Source: an uncultured Paraprevotella sp.
GTDB lineage: Bacteria > Bacteroidota > Bacteroidia > Bacteroidales > Bacteroidaceae
Direction of reading: 5' to 3'
Assembly (NCBI GenBank): GCA_964523985.1
Contig: CAZGBV010000002.1
Span: 6-64,005 of the forward strand
Length of the DNA stretch: 64,000 nucleotides
The notes below the pieces were generated by a model, which saw nothing but the letters and a program-made list of their open reading frames with translations, ran no database searches and was not told where the DNA came from. Positions 1 to 10,561 of the stretch are shown piece by piece. The position numbers were made by a program, and so were the translations under genes. The stretch's first letter is position 1, and the number at the start of each line of letters is the position of its first letter.

Positions 1-309
1 CATGCCTTTCAGGTTCCCGTCCCCCATCAGCGACACGGTATCCCCGTCGATGGATACGATACGGTGCAGCACATATTCGTCCGGTGAAATCTCGGCCAGC
101 ACAGCGTCACCCACTTTCAGACGCTTGAACGGTGCCAGACGCACCTTGTCCCTGCGATGTTCCAGAAAGGGGCGCATACTGTAACCTTTCACGTTAATGG
201 TAACCGTGTTCCCCTGCCGGATGGCTTCTTTCACCTGCCCCAGCAAGGCGGCGTTGGGCATTTCCATCCATCGCACCCCCACCCCGACTGTGCGTGCACT
301 TTCGTTCAT
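1..309 (-). CDS. S24/S26 family peptidase, 3'-partial (runs off the left edge; absent from the ORF track)
   Basis: Manual translation from ATG 309: MNESARTVGVGVRWMEMPNAALLGQVKEAIRQGNTVTINVKGYSMRPFL...VGDAVLAEISPDEYVLHRIVSIDGDTVSLMGDGN. It has the GxSMxP serine motif plus LHRI and GDxN motifs, and an ATGA overlap with the upstream gene. Confidence 0.8.
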   Translation of the reverse strand, partial: MNESARTVGVGVRWMEMPNAALLGQVKEAIRQGNTVTINVKGYSMRPFLEHRRDKVRLAPFKRLKVGDAVLAEISPDEYVLHRIVSIDGDTVSLMGDGNLKGM

Positions 310-1181
310 CGTCCCGTCAAGGTATGGAAACACAACCGCGCCGCCGCCTCATCCGGCCTGCATCCCAACAAGAATGTCGGCGAAAGACGGATAATGTCCG
401 AAATGGTGTCGCAATGCGCTGAATGGATACGATAATCCCATTTCATGGTCGATATGGACGACAAGAGCGAAGCAAGGCTCTCCGGCACGCTTTCCCTGCG
501 AATCGTGTTCTCGGGACGTTGCCGCAGTTGCACGAATCCTCCAACCGGCGCGGACACCCTGCGATAGCATGGCGTTTTCCCGCTCCAAGGGGAACCATAG
601 ACGTGCACCGCTCCCCCCGACACCCTCACCACCGGGTTGTCGTCGTTCATCAGGTCGGAACCGGGTATGTGCCTCAGCCACAGCCGCGAGTGCGTGCTCT
701 TCCCCGTCCCGCTCTTGCCGAGGAACAGATAACCCTTGCCGCCGTTGCGCACCACGGAAGCGTGCATCAGCAACGTGGCGTGCGGCGCGGCCGCGAAAGC
801 ATACGCAAGCATGAGAGCGTTTTCCAGCCCGAACCTGCGACCCGCCTCGCTCCTTTCCGTCAGGGTCGCCGTGCATTCGGAAAAGTCCGCGTTGGTCTGC
901 ATGTAGCCGCACAAGTCTTTTTTCTCGTCGCGGATTTCAAATTCGTAGCCTCCACCTTCGCACCGGTACACGCCGAAGAAGCTACCGCCGCAGTCGAACA
1001 GTCCCACCTCCTCCCCCGTCGGTCGCCGACGGGACACGCCCTCCACCGTGAGGATGAACAACAAATTGCCATCTCCCTCGCTCTCGAACAGCGAAAAAGA
1101 CGGCAACAAACTTCTGTCGTTCACCTCATCGCGGAAGTCTATCCGACACAGATGTCCCCCGATATCGTAACGGCAAACCAT
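306..1181 (-). CDS. HPr-kinase-related P-loop protein
   Basis: MHASVV...GYLFLGKSGTGKSTH (Walker A), followed by LMNDDNPVV and GSPWSGK, typical of HprK-like kinases. Confidence 0.7.
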   Translation of the reverse strand: MVCRYDIGGHLCRIDFRDEVNDRSLLPSFSLFESEGDGNLLFILTVEGVSRRRPTGEEVGLFDCGGSFFGVYRCEGGGYEFEIRDEKKDLCGYMQTNADFSECTATLTERSEAGRRFGLENALMLAYAFAAAPHATLLMHASVVRNGGKGYLFLGKSGTGKSTHSRLWLRHIPGSDLMNDDNPVVRVSGGAVHVYGSPWSGKTPCYRRVSAPVGGFVQLRQRPENTIRRESVPESLASLLSSISTMKWDYRIHSAHCDTISDIIRLSPTFLLGCRPDEAAARLCFHTLTGR

Positions 1182-1187
1182 CTGCCT

Positions 1188-1691
1188 TCACTTTTTTTCC
1201 TGCTTGTCCTCCTCCGGCTTTTTCTTCTTCCCTTTCTTCGCCGCCTTAGGCTTGGATGTGTCGCCCATGGCCTTCTCGGGGGGATTGTAGGCATACGATT
1301 GGAATTTGAAGCCGCCGTCCGCCAAATCTTTCAGCACAACGCTTTCATCCCCTCCGTAACGTTTCCTTATCTTGTCGTATTTGCTTGCCAGCTTGTCTTT
1401 CTTCGTATGGAAAAAGACCGTGCAGGTAGGATGCGGCATTTGTTTTTTATCTACGAGGTACGACTGCAACTGGTCGCTGTATGCCATGCGGTCGGCCAGA
1501 AAGCCCGACTTTGTGTCGACATAAGCACTGTCCAGCCGCTGGATGTCCGTGATGTATGCCACCGAGTCCGTGAAGGAGGCCGCGAAGCCGAAGATGTACA
1601 CCGTGGTACGCTCCATCTTGGCGGACAGGGAGCCGCACAAGCATCCCCATGCGAATGCCGCCAAAGTCCAATGTTTAAAGTTCAAACCCAT
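1188..1691 (-). CDS. Hypothetical exported protein
   Basis: 167-aa ORF with signal-peptide-like N-terminus and Lys-rich tail; fills the gap in a co-directional gene string. Confidence 0.75.
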   Translation of the reverse strand: MGLNFKHWTLAAFAWGCLCGSLSAKMERTTVYIFGFAASFTDSVAYITDIQRLDSAYVDTKSGFLADRMAYSDQLQSYLVDKKQMPHPTCTVFFHTKKDKLASKYDKIRKRYGGDESVVLKDLADGGFKFQSYAYNPPEKAMGDTSKPKAAKKGKKKKPEEDKQEKK

Positions 1692-1717
1692 AAATACGCT
1701 TCACCTTTGCCCGGACA

Positions 1718-2578
1718 TCAGCCCAGATAAGACTTCAACAAGTTGCTCTTACTGCTTTGGCGTAGGCGTCGGATGGCTTTTTCCTTTATCTGGCGCACAC
1801 GCTCGCGCGTAAGGTTGAAAATGTCGCCGATTTCCTCCAATGTCATTTCCTGATGGTTGATGCCGAAGAACATTTGGATGATTTCCTTGTCACGTTCGGG
1901 AAGCGTGGACAAAGCACGGTCTATTTCGCGTGAGAGAGACTCGTTAACCAACGTGCGGTCCGCCATGGGGGAATCATCGTTGACCAACACGTCCAGCAGA
2001 CTATTGTCTTCCCCTTCTACGAATGGGGCATCTACCGAGATATGGCGTCCGCTCACCTTTAAAGTGTCGGATATCTTGTCCTCGGGGATTTCCAGTTCTT
2101 CGGCAAGTTCCTCCGGACTCGGACGGCGTTCGTTCTCCTGCTCGAACTTGCTAAATGCCTTGCTTATCTTGTTCAACGAGCCAACTTGGTTCAAAGGAAG
2201 GCGCACGATGCGGCTCTGCTCCGCCAACGCTTGAAGGATGGACTGGCGAATCCACCACACCGCATAACTGATGAACTTGAAGCCACGCGTCTCGTCGAAC
2301 TTTTGGGCGGCTTTTATCAGACCCAAGTTCCCCTCGTTAATCAAGTCGGGCAGGCTCAACCCTTGGTTCTGATACTGTTTTGCCACCGAAACTACGAAAC
2401 GCAGGTTGGCGCGCGTCAGCTTTTCGAGTGCCACACGATCACCTTTGCGAATGCGTTGCGCCAATTCCACTTCCTCTTCCACCGTAATCAGGTCTTCGCG
2501 CCCGATTTCCTGCAGATATTTGTCAAGCGAAGCGCTTTCACGATTGGTAATGCTTCTGGTAATCTTTAACTGTCTCAT
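1718..2578 (-). CDS. rpoD: Primary RNA polymerase sigma factor (Bacteroidota RpoD/SigA type, lacks region 1.1)
   Basis: [67 protein letters not shown]...TRERVRQI. Confidence 0.97.
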   Translation of the reverse strand: MRQLKITRSITNRESASLDKYLQEIGREDLITVEEEVELAQRIRKGDRVALEKLTRANLRFVVSVAKQYQNQGLSLPDLINEGNLGLIKAAQKFDETRGFKFISYAVWWIRQSILQALAEQSRIVRLPLNQVGSLNKISKAFSKFEQENERRPSPEELAEELEIPEDKISDTLKVSGRHISVDAPFVEGEDNSLLDVLVNDDSPMADRTLVNESLSREIDRALSTLPERDKEIIQMFFGINHQEMTLEEIGDIFNLTRERVRQIKEKAIRRLRQSSKSNLLKSYLG

Positions 2579-2603
2579 TCTCCTCCCCTCATATTAAATG
2601 TGC

Positions 2604-2665
2604 AAAGTTACATAAAAAACGGATTAAAATGTATAAAGTTACATGAAAAACGGATTAAGGCGTAT
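2604..2665. repeat. Tandem 31-bp direct repeat overlapping the rpoD promoter
   Basis: aaagttacataaaaaacggattaaaatgtat / aaagttacatgaaaaacggattaaggcgtat (27/31 identical); minus-strand TAACTTTG -7 element at 2603-2610. Confidence 0.8.
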
Positions 2666-2696
2666 TTTATAACATATTTTATGACAATGCATCGGG

Positions 2697-5165
2697 TCAG
2701 TCTTGGTAATACACCCTCCTCACGCGAGGACTTATTCCCGTCAGAATTTCGTAGGGTATCGTGCCCGCTATGTCACTCAGCACTGTCACCGGCAAGCCGT
2801 CGCCGAATATGACGGCGGTATCGCCCTCCTTGCAGTCGATGTCCGTCACGTCTATCATGCAGACATCCATGCAAATGTTGCCCACGTAGGAAGCCCGCCG
2901 CCCGTTCACCAGACAATATGCGCGACCGAGACCCAATTTGCGATCCAGCCCGTCGGCGTAGCCTATGGGGAGGGTCGCTATCCGGCTGTCGCGCGTCAGT
3001 CGTCCCATGCGGCTGTATCCCACGGTCTCTTCTTTCGGAACTTCGTGAATTTGAAGGATTGTGGTCTTGAGCGTACCGACATTATGCAACGTCTCGTTGT
3101 TCCGGGGGTTGATGCCGTAGAGCCCCAGTCCGAGGCGAACCATGTCCAAATGACGGTCTGGGAAACGCTCAATCCCCGCGCTGTTGCAGATGTGGCGCAG
3201 GATTTTGTGGCTGTAAGCTTGCTGAAGGCGGGCACTGCCTTTCAGGAACGACTCGTACTGACGGGCGGAAAAGGTATCAAAATCATCGCTGTCGCTCCCT
3301 GCGAAGTGAGAAAACACGGAGCGGGGAATCACGGCCGTCTGCCGTTTCAACCGTTCCGCCAGCAACGGAATGTCCTTTTCCGGGTTGAAGCCCAGCCGAT
3401 GCATACCCGTGTCTATCTTCACGTGGATGGGGAAATGAGTCACGCCCTCTTTCTCCGCTTCGTGAATCAAGGCTTCCAACAAGCGGAAGTTGTAAACTTC
3501 CGGCTCAAGGTCGTACTCGAACAAGGCGGGGAAACTGCTCATTTCCGGATTCATAATCATGATGTTCGACGTGATTCCCGCCTTTCGCAAGTCCACGCCT
3601 TCGTCGGCCACGGCCACGGCCAGATAGTCCACCCGATGATCCTGCAAAGTCTTGGCAACCTCCACCGCGCCGACCCCATAGGCCAGCGCTTTCACCATGC
3701 ACGCCATCTTCGTGTCCGGCTTCATGAAGTTGCGGTAATGGTTCAGGTTGTCTACCACGGCGTTCAGGTTGACTTCCAGCGTCGTCTCGTGCACTTTCAA
3801 GATTAATTGCCGCGTCAAGGTGTCGAACCGGAAGAGCCTCGCCCCCTTGACGAGTATCACCTCGTCGTGCAAGGTGTCCAATATTCCGCTGCCCAGCAAT
3901 TCGTCCGTGGAGCGGAAGAAATACGACTCCATGCCGAACAAGTCCCGTCCTTCCGACAGACGCGGCCCCACCCCGATGAATTTCTCCACGCCGCGCGTGG
4001 CCACCAGCCGGGCCACACGCCCGTACAAGTCACCCGACGGCATCTCCACTTGCTCGATGTCGCTCAAAATCAGCGTACGTTTCCGTCCCGCGCAATCGGG
4101 GCGACGATTCATGAAGTCGAGGGCAATGTCAAGGGAGTTGTAATCGGAGTTGTAGCTGTCGTTGATGAGCGTACAACCCGCCCGTCCTTCTTTCACCTCC
4201 AGGCGCATGGCCACTGGCTCGAGTACCGACATTCTCGCGGCAATCGCCTCCGCGCTTATCCCCAGATACAGACACACGCACAGGCAGGACACAGAGTCGG
4301 CCAGCGAGGCTTCGTCGATGAAAGGGATGGAGTAAGTCGCCTTCACACCTTTATATATATAGGTCACCACCGTCTCCGCCTCCCGTTTCTCCGCCGACAC
4401 GACATACAAAGGCACGTCGCGTCGCCGCCTTGACCATGCGAGGCGTTCCCCCTTAAAGGCCGCGCGGTTGACGCATCCGGCCACGCGGGCATCGTCCATG
4501 TCATACACCAGCACTTCGGCATCCTTGAACAGTTTCAGCTTCTCCGCACATTTCTGTTCGTAAGAGTCGAATTTTTCTTGGTGCGCATCGCCGAGGCAGG
4601 TAAAGACTCCTATGGTGGGCTGTATCACCGGTTGCAAGGCATCCATTTCCCCGGGCTTGGAAATTCCGGCCTCGAAAAGAGCCACTTCACTCTTCTCATC
4701 CAGATTCCACACGGAAAGGGGCACACCGATTTGTGAATTGTAGCTCCTCGGCGAGCGGGTGACGGTCTTCTCGGGTGACAACAGCCTGTAAAGCCACTCC
4801 TTGACCACGGTCTTCCCGTTGCTTCCCGTGATGCCCGCCACCGGGATGTCAAACGCTTCGCGATGACGCTCGGCCAGACGTTGCAAGGCTTTGAGCGGGC
4901 TGGCCACTTGCAAGAAACTGGCATCCGTCATGGAAGCCGCGTCGTCCGGCAGACGGCCGACTACGAAGGAACGCACCCCGCGTCGGTAAAGCTCGGGGAT
5001 GTAGCGGTGTCCGTCGTTGCGGGAGCTTTCCAGCGCGAAGAACAAGGTGTCTTCGGGAAAACACAGGGAACGGCTGTCCGTCAGGAGCCAACGGATTTCC
5101 GGGGTTTCGCTCCCCCACAAGCGCGCACCGACGAGCGAAGCAATTCTCTCTAATGTATAAGACAT
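2697..5165 (-). CDS. alr: Bifunctional MurF-like ligase / alanine racemase
   Basis: N-half: ITGSNGKT, SYNSQIGVP, LINDSYNSD. C-half: MVKALAYG (PLP Lys), HVKIDTGMHRLG, PIGYADG, VGNICMD, GTIPYE. Start chosen at ATG 5165. Confidence 0.93.
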   Translation of the reverse strand: MSYTLERIASLVGARLWGSETPEIRWLLTDSRSLCFPEDTLFFALESSRNDGHRYIPELYRRGVRSFVVGRLPDDAASMTDASFLQVASPLKALQRLAERHREAFDIPVAGITGSNGKTVVKEWLYRLLSPEKTVTRSPRSYNSQIGVPLSVWNLDEKSEVALFEAGISKPGEMDALQPVIQPTIGVFTCLGDAHQEKFDSYEQKCAEKLKLFKDAEVLVYDMDDARVAGCVNRAAFKGERLAWSRRRRDVPLYVVSAEKREAETVVTYIYKGVKATYSIPFIDEASLADSVSCLCVCLYLGISAEAIAARMSVLEPVAMRLEVKEGRAGCTLINDSYNSDYNSLDIALDFMNRRPDCAGRKRTLILSDIEQVEMPSGDLYGRVARLVATRGVEKFIGVGPRLSEGRDLFGMESYFFRSTDELLGSGILDTLHDEVILVKGARLFRFDTLTRQLILKVHETTLEVNLNAVVDNLNHYRNFMKPDTKMACMVKALAYGVGAVEVAKTLQDHRVDYLAVAVADEGVDLRKAGITSNIMIMNPEMSSFPALFEYDLEPEVYNFRLLEALIHEAEKEGVTHFPIHVKIDTGMHRLGFNPEKDIPLLAERLKRQTAVIPRSVFSHFAGSDSDDFDTFSARQYESFLKGSARLQQAYSHKILRHICNSAGIERFPDRHLDMVRLGLGLYGINPRNNETLHNVGTLKTTILQIHEVPKEETVGYSRMGRLTRDSRIATLPIGYADGLDRKLGLGRAYCLVNGRRASYVGNICMDVCMIDVTDIDCKEGDTAVIFGDGLPVTVLSDIAGTIPYEILTGISPRVRRVYYQD

Positions 5166-5170
5166 GACAC

Positions 5171-6160
5171 TCAATGTTTTAACAAACTTTCCAACCTTTC
5201 GTATGCCGTACCATGCGCCAATCTCGGGTATTTGGCGGCAAGCAACTCCAACTTTGACATAGTTTGGCGCAGGAAATCCCGGTACGCGGCCAATTCAGGA
5301 TGGAGCGGACGATGGGACAAAGCCTTGTCCACGGCTTCCCATTCCACCATGAACCTGCGCGTCTCTTCCGGGAAGCAAGCCTCGGAAAAACGCTCCCAGA
5401 CATACTCTGCCGCCACCTCGGAAAGGTGCAACATGTCCGAAGCATAAAAACGGTAATCGCGCAGCTCGTCCAACACGATTTCGTAAGCGGGAAAATAGAA
5501 GCAACGTTCCTCGTACGCACGGCACAGCGTGTCCACGGCCAGCAACAGCACGGCCTTTCCAAGCCGGTTGTCGTGAAATCCGTACTTGGCATAGCGGTAG
5601 GGGCTGACCGTGAAGACGACTTGCAAAGAAGGATTAATCTGCCAGAGTGCCTCCAACGCCTCGGCGAGAGCGGCTGTCGTACCCTCCACGTCCGACTGCT
5701 CTTCCGTGAAACAGTTTCCGGGTTGCTTGTGGCAGTTCCCCACCACGCGCCCGCTGACGTTCAAGCGGTAATAACGGTTCGTGCCCAATGTGAGGAACAA
5801 CATTTTCAACGACCTTGTCCGTGCGGCCTCTTCGTGGCAAACGCCTTCCAGACGGGTGCGGCATACCTCCCGGCTCGCGGCGGAAAAAGAACTGTCGTTG
5901 AGCCAGCTGTGCCAAAGCCCTCCCGACTCGAAAAACACGTCATCGGGCAACGGTTTCCCGGTAGCCATCGTCTTGCACCACGCGGCGACGCTCAGCGGGT
6001 TGTACAACACACCGAAAGGGTTGGCGTGCGTGTCCAGCCCCGCCCTCGCCATGCGTTGCCCGATATGTCCGGCGAAGCAAGACCCGAGCAGGGTAATCCC
6101 GTCCTCCGGACGGATTTGCACTCCCTTCATGGCGGTTTCCACTGTGGTACGGAACTTCAT
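5171..6160 (-). CDS. GSCFA domain-containing protein
   Basis: LLGSCFA, NPFGVLYNP, FTVSPYR, YFPAYEIVLDELRDYRFY..DMLH. Confidence 0.9.
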   Translation of the reverse strand: MKFRTTVETAMKGVQIRPEDGITLLGSCFAGHIGQRMARAGLDTHANPFGVLYNPLSVAAWCKTMATGKPLPDDVFFESGGLWHSWLNDSSFSAASREVCRTRLEGVCHEEAARTRSLKMLFLTLGTNRYYRLNVSGRVVGNCHKQPGNCFTEEQSDVEGTTAALAEALEALWQINPSLQVVFTVSPYRYAKYGFHDNRLGKAVLLLAVDTLCRAYEERCFYFPAYEIVLDELRDYRFYASDMLHLSEVAAEYVWERFSEACFPEETRRFMVEWEAVDKALSHRPLHPELAAYRDFLRQTMSKLELLAAKYPRLAHGTAYERLESLLKH

Positions 6161-6201
6161 CTCTCTCTTCGCCTTGAATGCCGACGGGGCTTTTTTTCCT
6201 G

Positions 6202-6239
6202 CAAAAGTAAGCAAGATATATGAATTTATGCTATTTTTG
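6202..6239. promoter_or_regulatory. Divergent Bacteroidota -7 promoter elements (GSCFA / dxs)
   Basis: TACTTTTG on the minus strand (6202-6209) and TATTTTTG on the plus strand (6232-6239). Confidence 0.65.
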
Positions 6240-6258
6240 CAAGGATTAAATCAGGTTG

Positions 6259-8181
6259 ATGACGAACAAAAACACATACGAACTTTTGTCGCAAATCAAT
6301 TCCCCGTCCGACTTACGTCGCCTACCCGCCGACAAACTGCCGCAAGTGTGCGAAGAACTGCGCCGCGACATCATCGACGAATTGTCGGACAACCCGGGGC
6401 ACTTCGCCTCCAGCCTGGGAGTGGTGGAGCTGACGGTGGCCTTGCACTACGTGTACGATACGCCCTACGACCGTATCGTGTGGGACGTGGGTCATCAGGC
6501 TTACGCCCACAAGATACTGACAGGGAGGAGGGAACGCTTCTCCACGAACAGGAAGTTGCATGGGCTGAGGCCTTTCCCCTCCCCCTCGGAAAGCGAATAC
6601 GACACGTTTACCTGCGGGCACGCCTCCAACTCCATTTCCGCCGCGCTGGGCATGGCGGTGGCTACGGCCAGCTTAGACGGGAAGAAGAGGCATATCGTAG
6701 CCGTCATCGGCGACGGATCGATGAGCGGCGGTCTGGCCTTCGAGGGATTGAACAACGCCTCTTCCATCCCGAACGACATCCTCATCGTATTGAACGACAA
6801 CAATATGAGCATAGACCGTAGCGTGGGGGGCATGAGCCATTATTTCCATCATCTCCACACGAGCGACTTCTACAATCGCGTGCGTTTCGAGGCTTCACGG
6901 AGATTGTCCGCACGGGGATGGCTCAGCGAGAGCCGCCGCAAGAAAATCATCCGCTTCAACAATTCGCTGAAATCGCTTATCAGCAACCAGCAGAACGTGT
7001 TCGAAGGGATGAACGTGCGCTACTTCGGCCCCGGCGACGGTCACGATGTCGTAGAGCTGGTGCACACGCTCCGGGTGATGAAAGACATGAAAGGTCCCAA
7101 GCTCCTCCATGTCCACACCATCAAAGGAAAAGGATTCGAGCCGGCAGAAAGGGCGGCGGATGTCTGGCACGCACCGGGAAAGTTCGACAAGGAGACGGGG
7201 GAACGCATACAAGCGGACACCGGCGACCTGCCCCCGCTTTATCAAGACGTGTTCGGCCAGACACTGCTCGAATTGGCCCGGATGAACCCGAAAATCATCG
7301 GCGTGACACCCGCCATGCCGTCGGGATGCTCGATGAATATTCTGATGAGGGAAATGCCCGACCGAGCCTTCGACGTGGGGATTGCCGAGGGACACGCCGT
7401 CACGTTCTCGGCAGGCATGGCGCAAGACGGCCTCGTCCCTTTCTGCAACATCTATTCGACCTTTGCACAGCGGGCTTACGACAACATCATCCACGACGTG
7501 GCGATAGAACGGCTCAACGTGGTGTTGTGTCTGGATCGCGCGGGACTGGTGGGTGAGGACGGCCCCACGCACCATGGCGCGTTCGACCTGGCCGCTCTTC
7601 GACCCGTCCCCAACCTCACCATCTCTTCCCCGATTAACGAAAGGGAACTGCGGCAACTCATGTACACGGCGCAACTTCCCGGCATGGGACCGTTCGTCAT
7701 CCGATACCCGCGCGGGCGGGGCGTGCTGACCGAGTGGCAATGCGGTTTCGAAGCCCTGAAAGTGGGGAAAGGCCAGTGCCTCAAGGACGGCGACGACATC
7801 GCGCTACTCTCGCTGGGACCCGTCGGCAACACGGCGACGGAGGCCATCCGCCTGTTCGAGCGGCAACAAGCGCAAGAGGGGCATCCCCTCACGGTGGCTC
7901 ATTACGACATGCGTTTCCTCAAGCCGATGGACGAAGGCATCCTGCACGAGGTGGCGACGCGCTTCTCCCGCGTCGTCACGATAGAAGACGGGATGGTATG
8001 CGGCGGGCTGGGCTCAGCCGTGCTTGAATACATGGCCGACCATGGATTCTCTCCCAAGGTGGCGCGGATGGGTTTGCCCGATTGTTTCGTGGAACACGGC
8101 ACGGTGGAACAGTTGCGCCAAATCGTAGGAATCGACCGGGATTCCATCGTGTCGCGCCTTCGTTCCATTTCACAAGAATGA
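6259..8181 (+). CDS. dxs: 1-deoxy-D-xylulose-5-phosphate synthase
   Basis: [69 protein letters not shown]. Confidence 0.97.
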   Translation: MTNKNTYELLSQINSPSDLRRLPADKLPQVCEELRRDIIDELSDNPGHFASSLGVVELTVALHYVYDTPYDRIVWDVGHQAYAHKILTGRRERFSTNRKLHGLRPFPSPSESEYDTFTCGHASNSISAALGMAVATASLDGKKRHIVAVIGDGSMSGGLAFEGLNNASSIPNDILIVLNDNNMSIDRSVGGMSHYFHHLHTSDFYNRVRFEASRRLSARGWLSESRRKKIIRFNNSLKSLISNQQNVFEGMNVRYFGPGDGHDVVELVHTLRVMKDMKGPKLLHVHTIKGKGFEPAERAADVWHAPGKFDKETGERIQADTGDLPPLYQDVFGQTLLELARMNPKIIGVTPAMPSGCSMNILMREMPDRAFDVGIAEGHAVTFSAGMAQDGLVPFCNIYSTFAQRAYDNIIHDVAIERLNVVLCLDRAGLVGEDGPTHHGAFDLAALRPVPNLTISSPINERELRQLMYTAQLPGMGPFVIRYPRGRGVLTEWQCGFEALKVGKGQCLKDGDDIALLSLGPVGNTATEAIRLFERQQAQEGHPLTVAHYDMRFLKPMDEGILHEVATRFSRVVTIEDGMVCGGLGSAVLEYMADHGFSPKVARMGLPDCFVEHGTVEQLRQIVGIDRDSIVSRLRSISQE

Positions 8182-8185
8182 GTCC

Positions 8186-9529
8186 ATGAAGATTATCATT
8201 GCCGGTGCCGGCGACGTAGGCACGCATTTGGCACAACTCCTGGCCAAGGAAAGCCAGAACATCACGCTGATGGACGAGAGCGAGGACAAACTTTCGAGGG
8301 TGGCCGACAACGTAGACCTCATGACCCTCAATGTGAAACCCACATCCATCAGCGGCCTGAAAGAGGCGGGAGCCGCGCATGCCGACTTGTTCATCGCCGT
8401 CATGCCCGACGAGATGAAGAACATCACCTGTTGCATGCTGGCTCACACGCTGGGGGCGGAAAAGACCGTGGCGCGCATCGACAATGCGGAATACTTGAAC
8501 GAAGACTACAAGGAATTCTTCAAGGGAATGGGCATCAACTCCCTCATCTTCCCGGAAATATTGGCCTCGCGCGACATCATTGAAAGCATCAAGCACAGTT
8601 GGGTGAGGCAGTGGTGGGAAGTACACGACGGAGCCCTCGTCATGCTGGGCATCAAATTACGCGAGACGGCGAAAATACTCGACATCCCGCTGAAGACGCT
8701 GTGCGGCCCGGACACGTGCTACCATGTCGTGGCCATCAAGCGGAAAGACATGACCATCATCCCGAAGGGGGACACCATGCTTCAGCTGAACGACATCGTA
8801 TACTTCATGACCACAAAAAAACACATACCTTACATCCGCAAAATCGTCGGCAAGGAGCATTACGAGGACGTGAGGAACGTCATGATAATGGGAGGAGGGC
8901 GCACGGCCATGCACACCGCGCTGAACATGCCGGGATACATGGAAGTGAAAATCATAGAAAGCGACCCCGTGCGCTGCAACGAACTGAACGAGGCGTTGGG
9001 TGACAGCGACGTGATGGTTATCAACGGCGATGCGCGAGACTCCTCCCTGCTGGTCACGGAAGGCATACAGCACACGCAGGCTTTCGTCGCGCTGACCGGG
9101 CAGAGCGAAAGCAACATACTGGCGTGCCTCACGGCCAAACGTCTGGGAGTGAGGAAGACCGTGGCACTGGTGGACAATCTGGACTACATATCCATGGCCG
9201 AACGGCTGGACATCGGCACCATCATCAACAAGAAGTCGATTGCCGCCAGCCACATTTACCAGATGATGTTGGACTCGGACGTGTCCAACGTGAAATGTCT
9301 GACCGTGGCGGATGCCGACGTGGCGGAATTTGAGGTGAAAGCCGGAGCCAGAGTCACCAAGAAGCCCGTGAAAGACCTCGGCTTGCCGACGGGCGTGGCC
9401 ATCGGCGGACTGGTGCGAGGCGGCGAAGGAATGCACGTGAACGGACTGACGCAGATACAAGAAGGCGACAGCGTGGTCGTGTTCTGCAAGAGCATGTTCA
9501 TCAAGAAACTGGACAAGTATTTTGCGTGA
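8186..9529 (+). CDS. trkA: Trk system potassium uptake regulatory subunit
   Basis: Two RCK_N/RCK_C repeats (IIIAGAGDVG; VMIMGGGRT), 447 aa. Confidence 0.93.
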   Translation: MKIIIAGAGDVGTHLAQLLAKESQNITLMDESEDKLSRVADNVDLMTLNVKPTSISGLKEAGAAHADLFIAVMPDEMKNITCCMLAHTLGAEKTVARIDNAEYLNEDYKEFFKGMGINSLIFPEILASRDIIESIKHSWVRQWWEVHDGALVMLGIKLRETAKILDIPLKTLCGPDTCYHVVAIKRKDMTIIPKGDTMLQLNDIVYFMTTKKHIPYIRKIVGKEHYEDVRNVMIMGGGRTAMHTALNMPGYMEVKIIESDPVRCNELNEALGDSDVMVINGDARDSSLLVTEGIQHTQAFVALTGQSESNILACLTAKRLGVRKTVALVDNLDYISMAERLDIGTIINKKSIAASHIYQMMLDSDVSNVKCLTVADADVAEFEVKAGARVTKKPVKDLGLPTGVAIGGLVRGGEGMHVNGLTQIQEGDSVVVFCKSMFIKKLDKYFA

Positions 9530-10541
9530 GCGCGGGGGCATCCATTCCGTCCAGCAAACGCCGGATGTCCCGAACGAGCCGCTTGTAAGGCGGCGCATCC
9601 TTGAAGCCCACGTTCTTTCTCAGCATCTCTTCCACGGAATTCTGGCTGTGCTGGTAACAAGACCATTCGTTCTGCCGTTGCACCTCGTGCCCGGCCAAGT
9701 CGCGGATTTCACGCTCGCGCTCCTTGCGCAACAATACGCAGACGGAATCCAGCAATGGCGAGACAACGTTGTCGAACAACGTGTGCCCCTGAATGTACAG
9801 ATAAGTCGTCTCTGGGGTGACCCCCAAGTCGGACAGTTCCGCCTTCAACGCCCCGTAATCCTTCTTCGCCTGCGGGAAACAGCGTTGTAGCCAGGCCACC
9901 TTGCGGTTGACTCTCCGCCGCACGAGTTCCAAGGCCTGTTCGGGGTGATAGACGTTGAAGTCCCCCCCCTTGAAACTCACGTGGCTGCCGAACTCCGTCA
10001 GCGAGAATTTGTCGTAGAGGTCGTTCCTGTACACCCAGACCGACCACACGAACAACGGCCAGACAATCCGTGAATATTCGCGCATGAAGGCTTCGAAGTC
10101 CACGATTTGGCGGTCGTTGAGCGTGGCCATTACGCAAACTCTGTGCAACGTCCCCGCATAACATTGGTAATTCTCTATGGCGTATGCGTAGGTGTGGAAC
10201 ACGAAAGGGTTGCCGTTGACCATCCGCGAGGTTTGGGTGGCTTCCTGCAACAGGTAATCGTAGTCCGCGTCGACGCAGGCTATCATGTAATCCCCCAGCC
10301 GGGGGCCGAGTTCGTTCGTCAGCACTTGTTTTTTCCCCTTGCACAGCGTGGTGCAGGAAGGAAGCATGATTTCGAAATAATGCCTGTCGTCCTCGAAATC
10401 GTCCAGCACGGAACGCCAGAAGAACACGTCGTCGTAGCTCTCCACGTATGCCACGATTTTCCGCCGCGCTGTTCTGGGTTTCAGCCTCTGCGCCGCGCCC
10501 AGATACGAAGAAGTCAGGTTGTCAGACAATCTTTTAGCCAT
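9501..10541 (-). CDS. DUF4435 (TOPRIM-like) protein, AriB-like
   Basis: AYVESYDDVFFW, ACVDADYDYL, TYAYAIENY, YIQGH motifs; overlaps the trkA 3' end by 29 bp. Confidence 0.85.
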   Translation of the reverse strand: MAKRLSDNLTSSYLGAAQRLKPRTARRKIVAYVESYDDVFFWRSVLDDFEDDRHYFEIMLPSCTTLCKGKKQVLTNELGPRLGDYMIACVDADYDYLLQEATQTSRMVNGNPFVFHTYAYAIENYQCYAGTLHRVCVMATLNDRQIVDFEAFMREYSRIVWPLFVWSVWVYRNDLYDKFSLTEFGSHVSFKGGDFNVYHPEQALELVRRRVNRKVAWLQRCFPQAKKDYGALKAELSDLGVTPETTYLYIQGHTLFDNVVSPLLDSVCVLLRKEREREIRDLAGHEVQRQNEWSCYQHSQNSVEEMLRKNVGFKDAPPYKRLVRDIRRLLDGMDAPALTQNTCPVS

Positions 10542-10561
10542 ACCGTCCCCTCCCCCGGAAA

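Noticed and set aside
2697-5165. MurF-Alr fusion as a novelty
   Set aside because: This is a well-known Bacteroidota arrangement.
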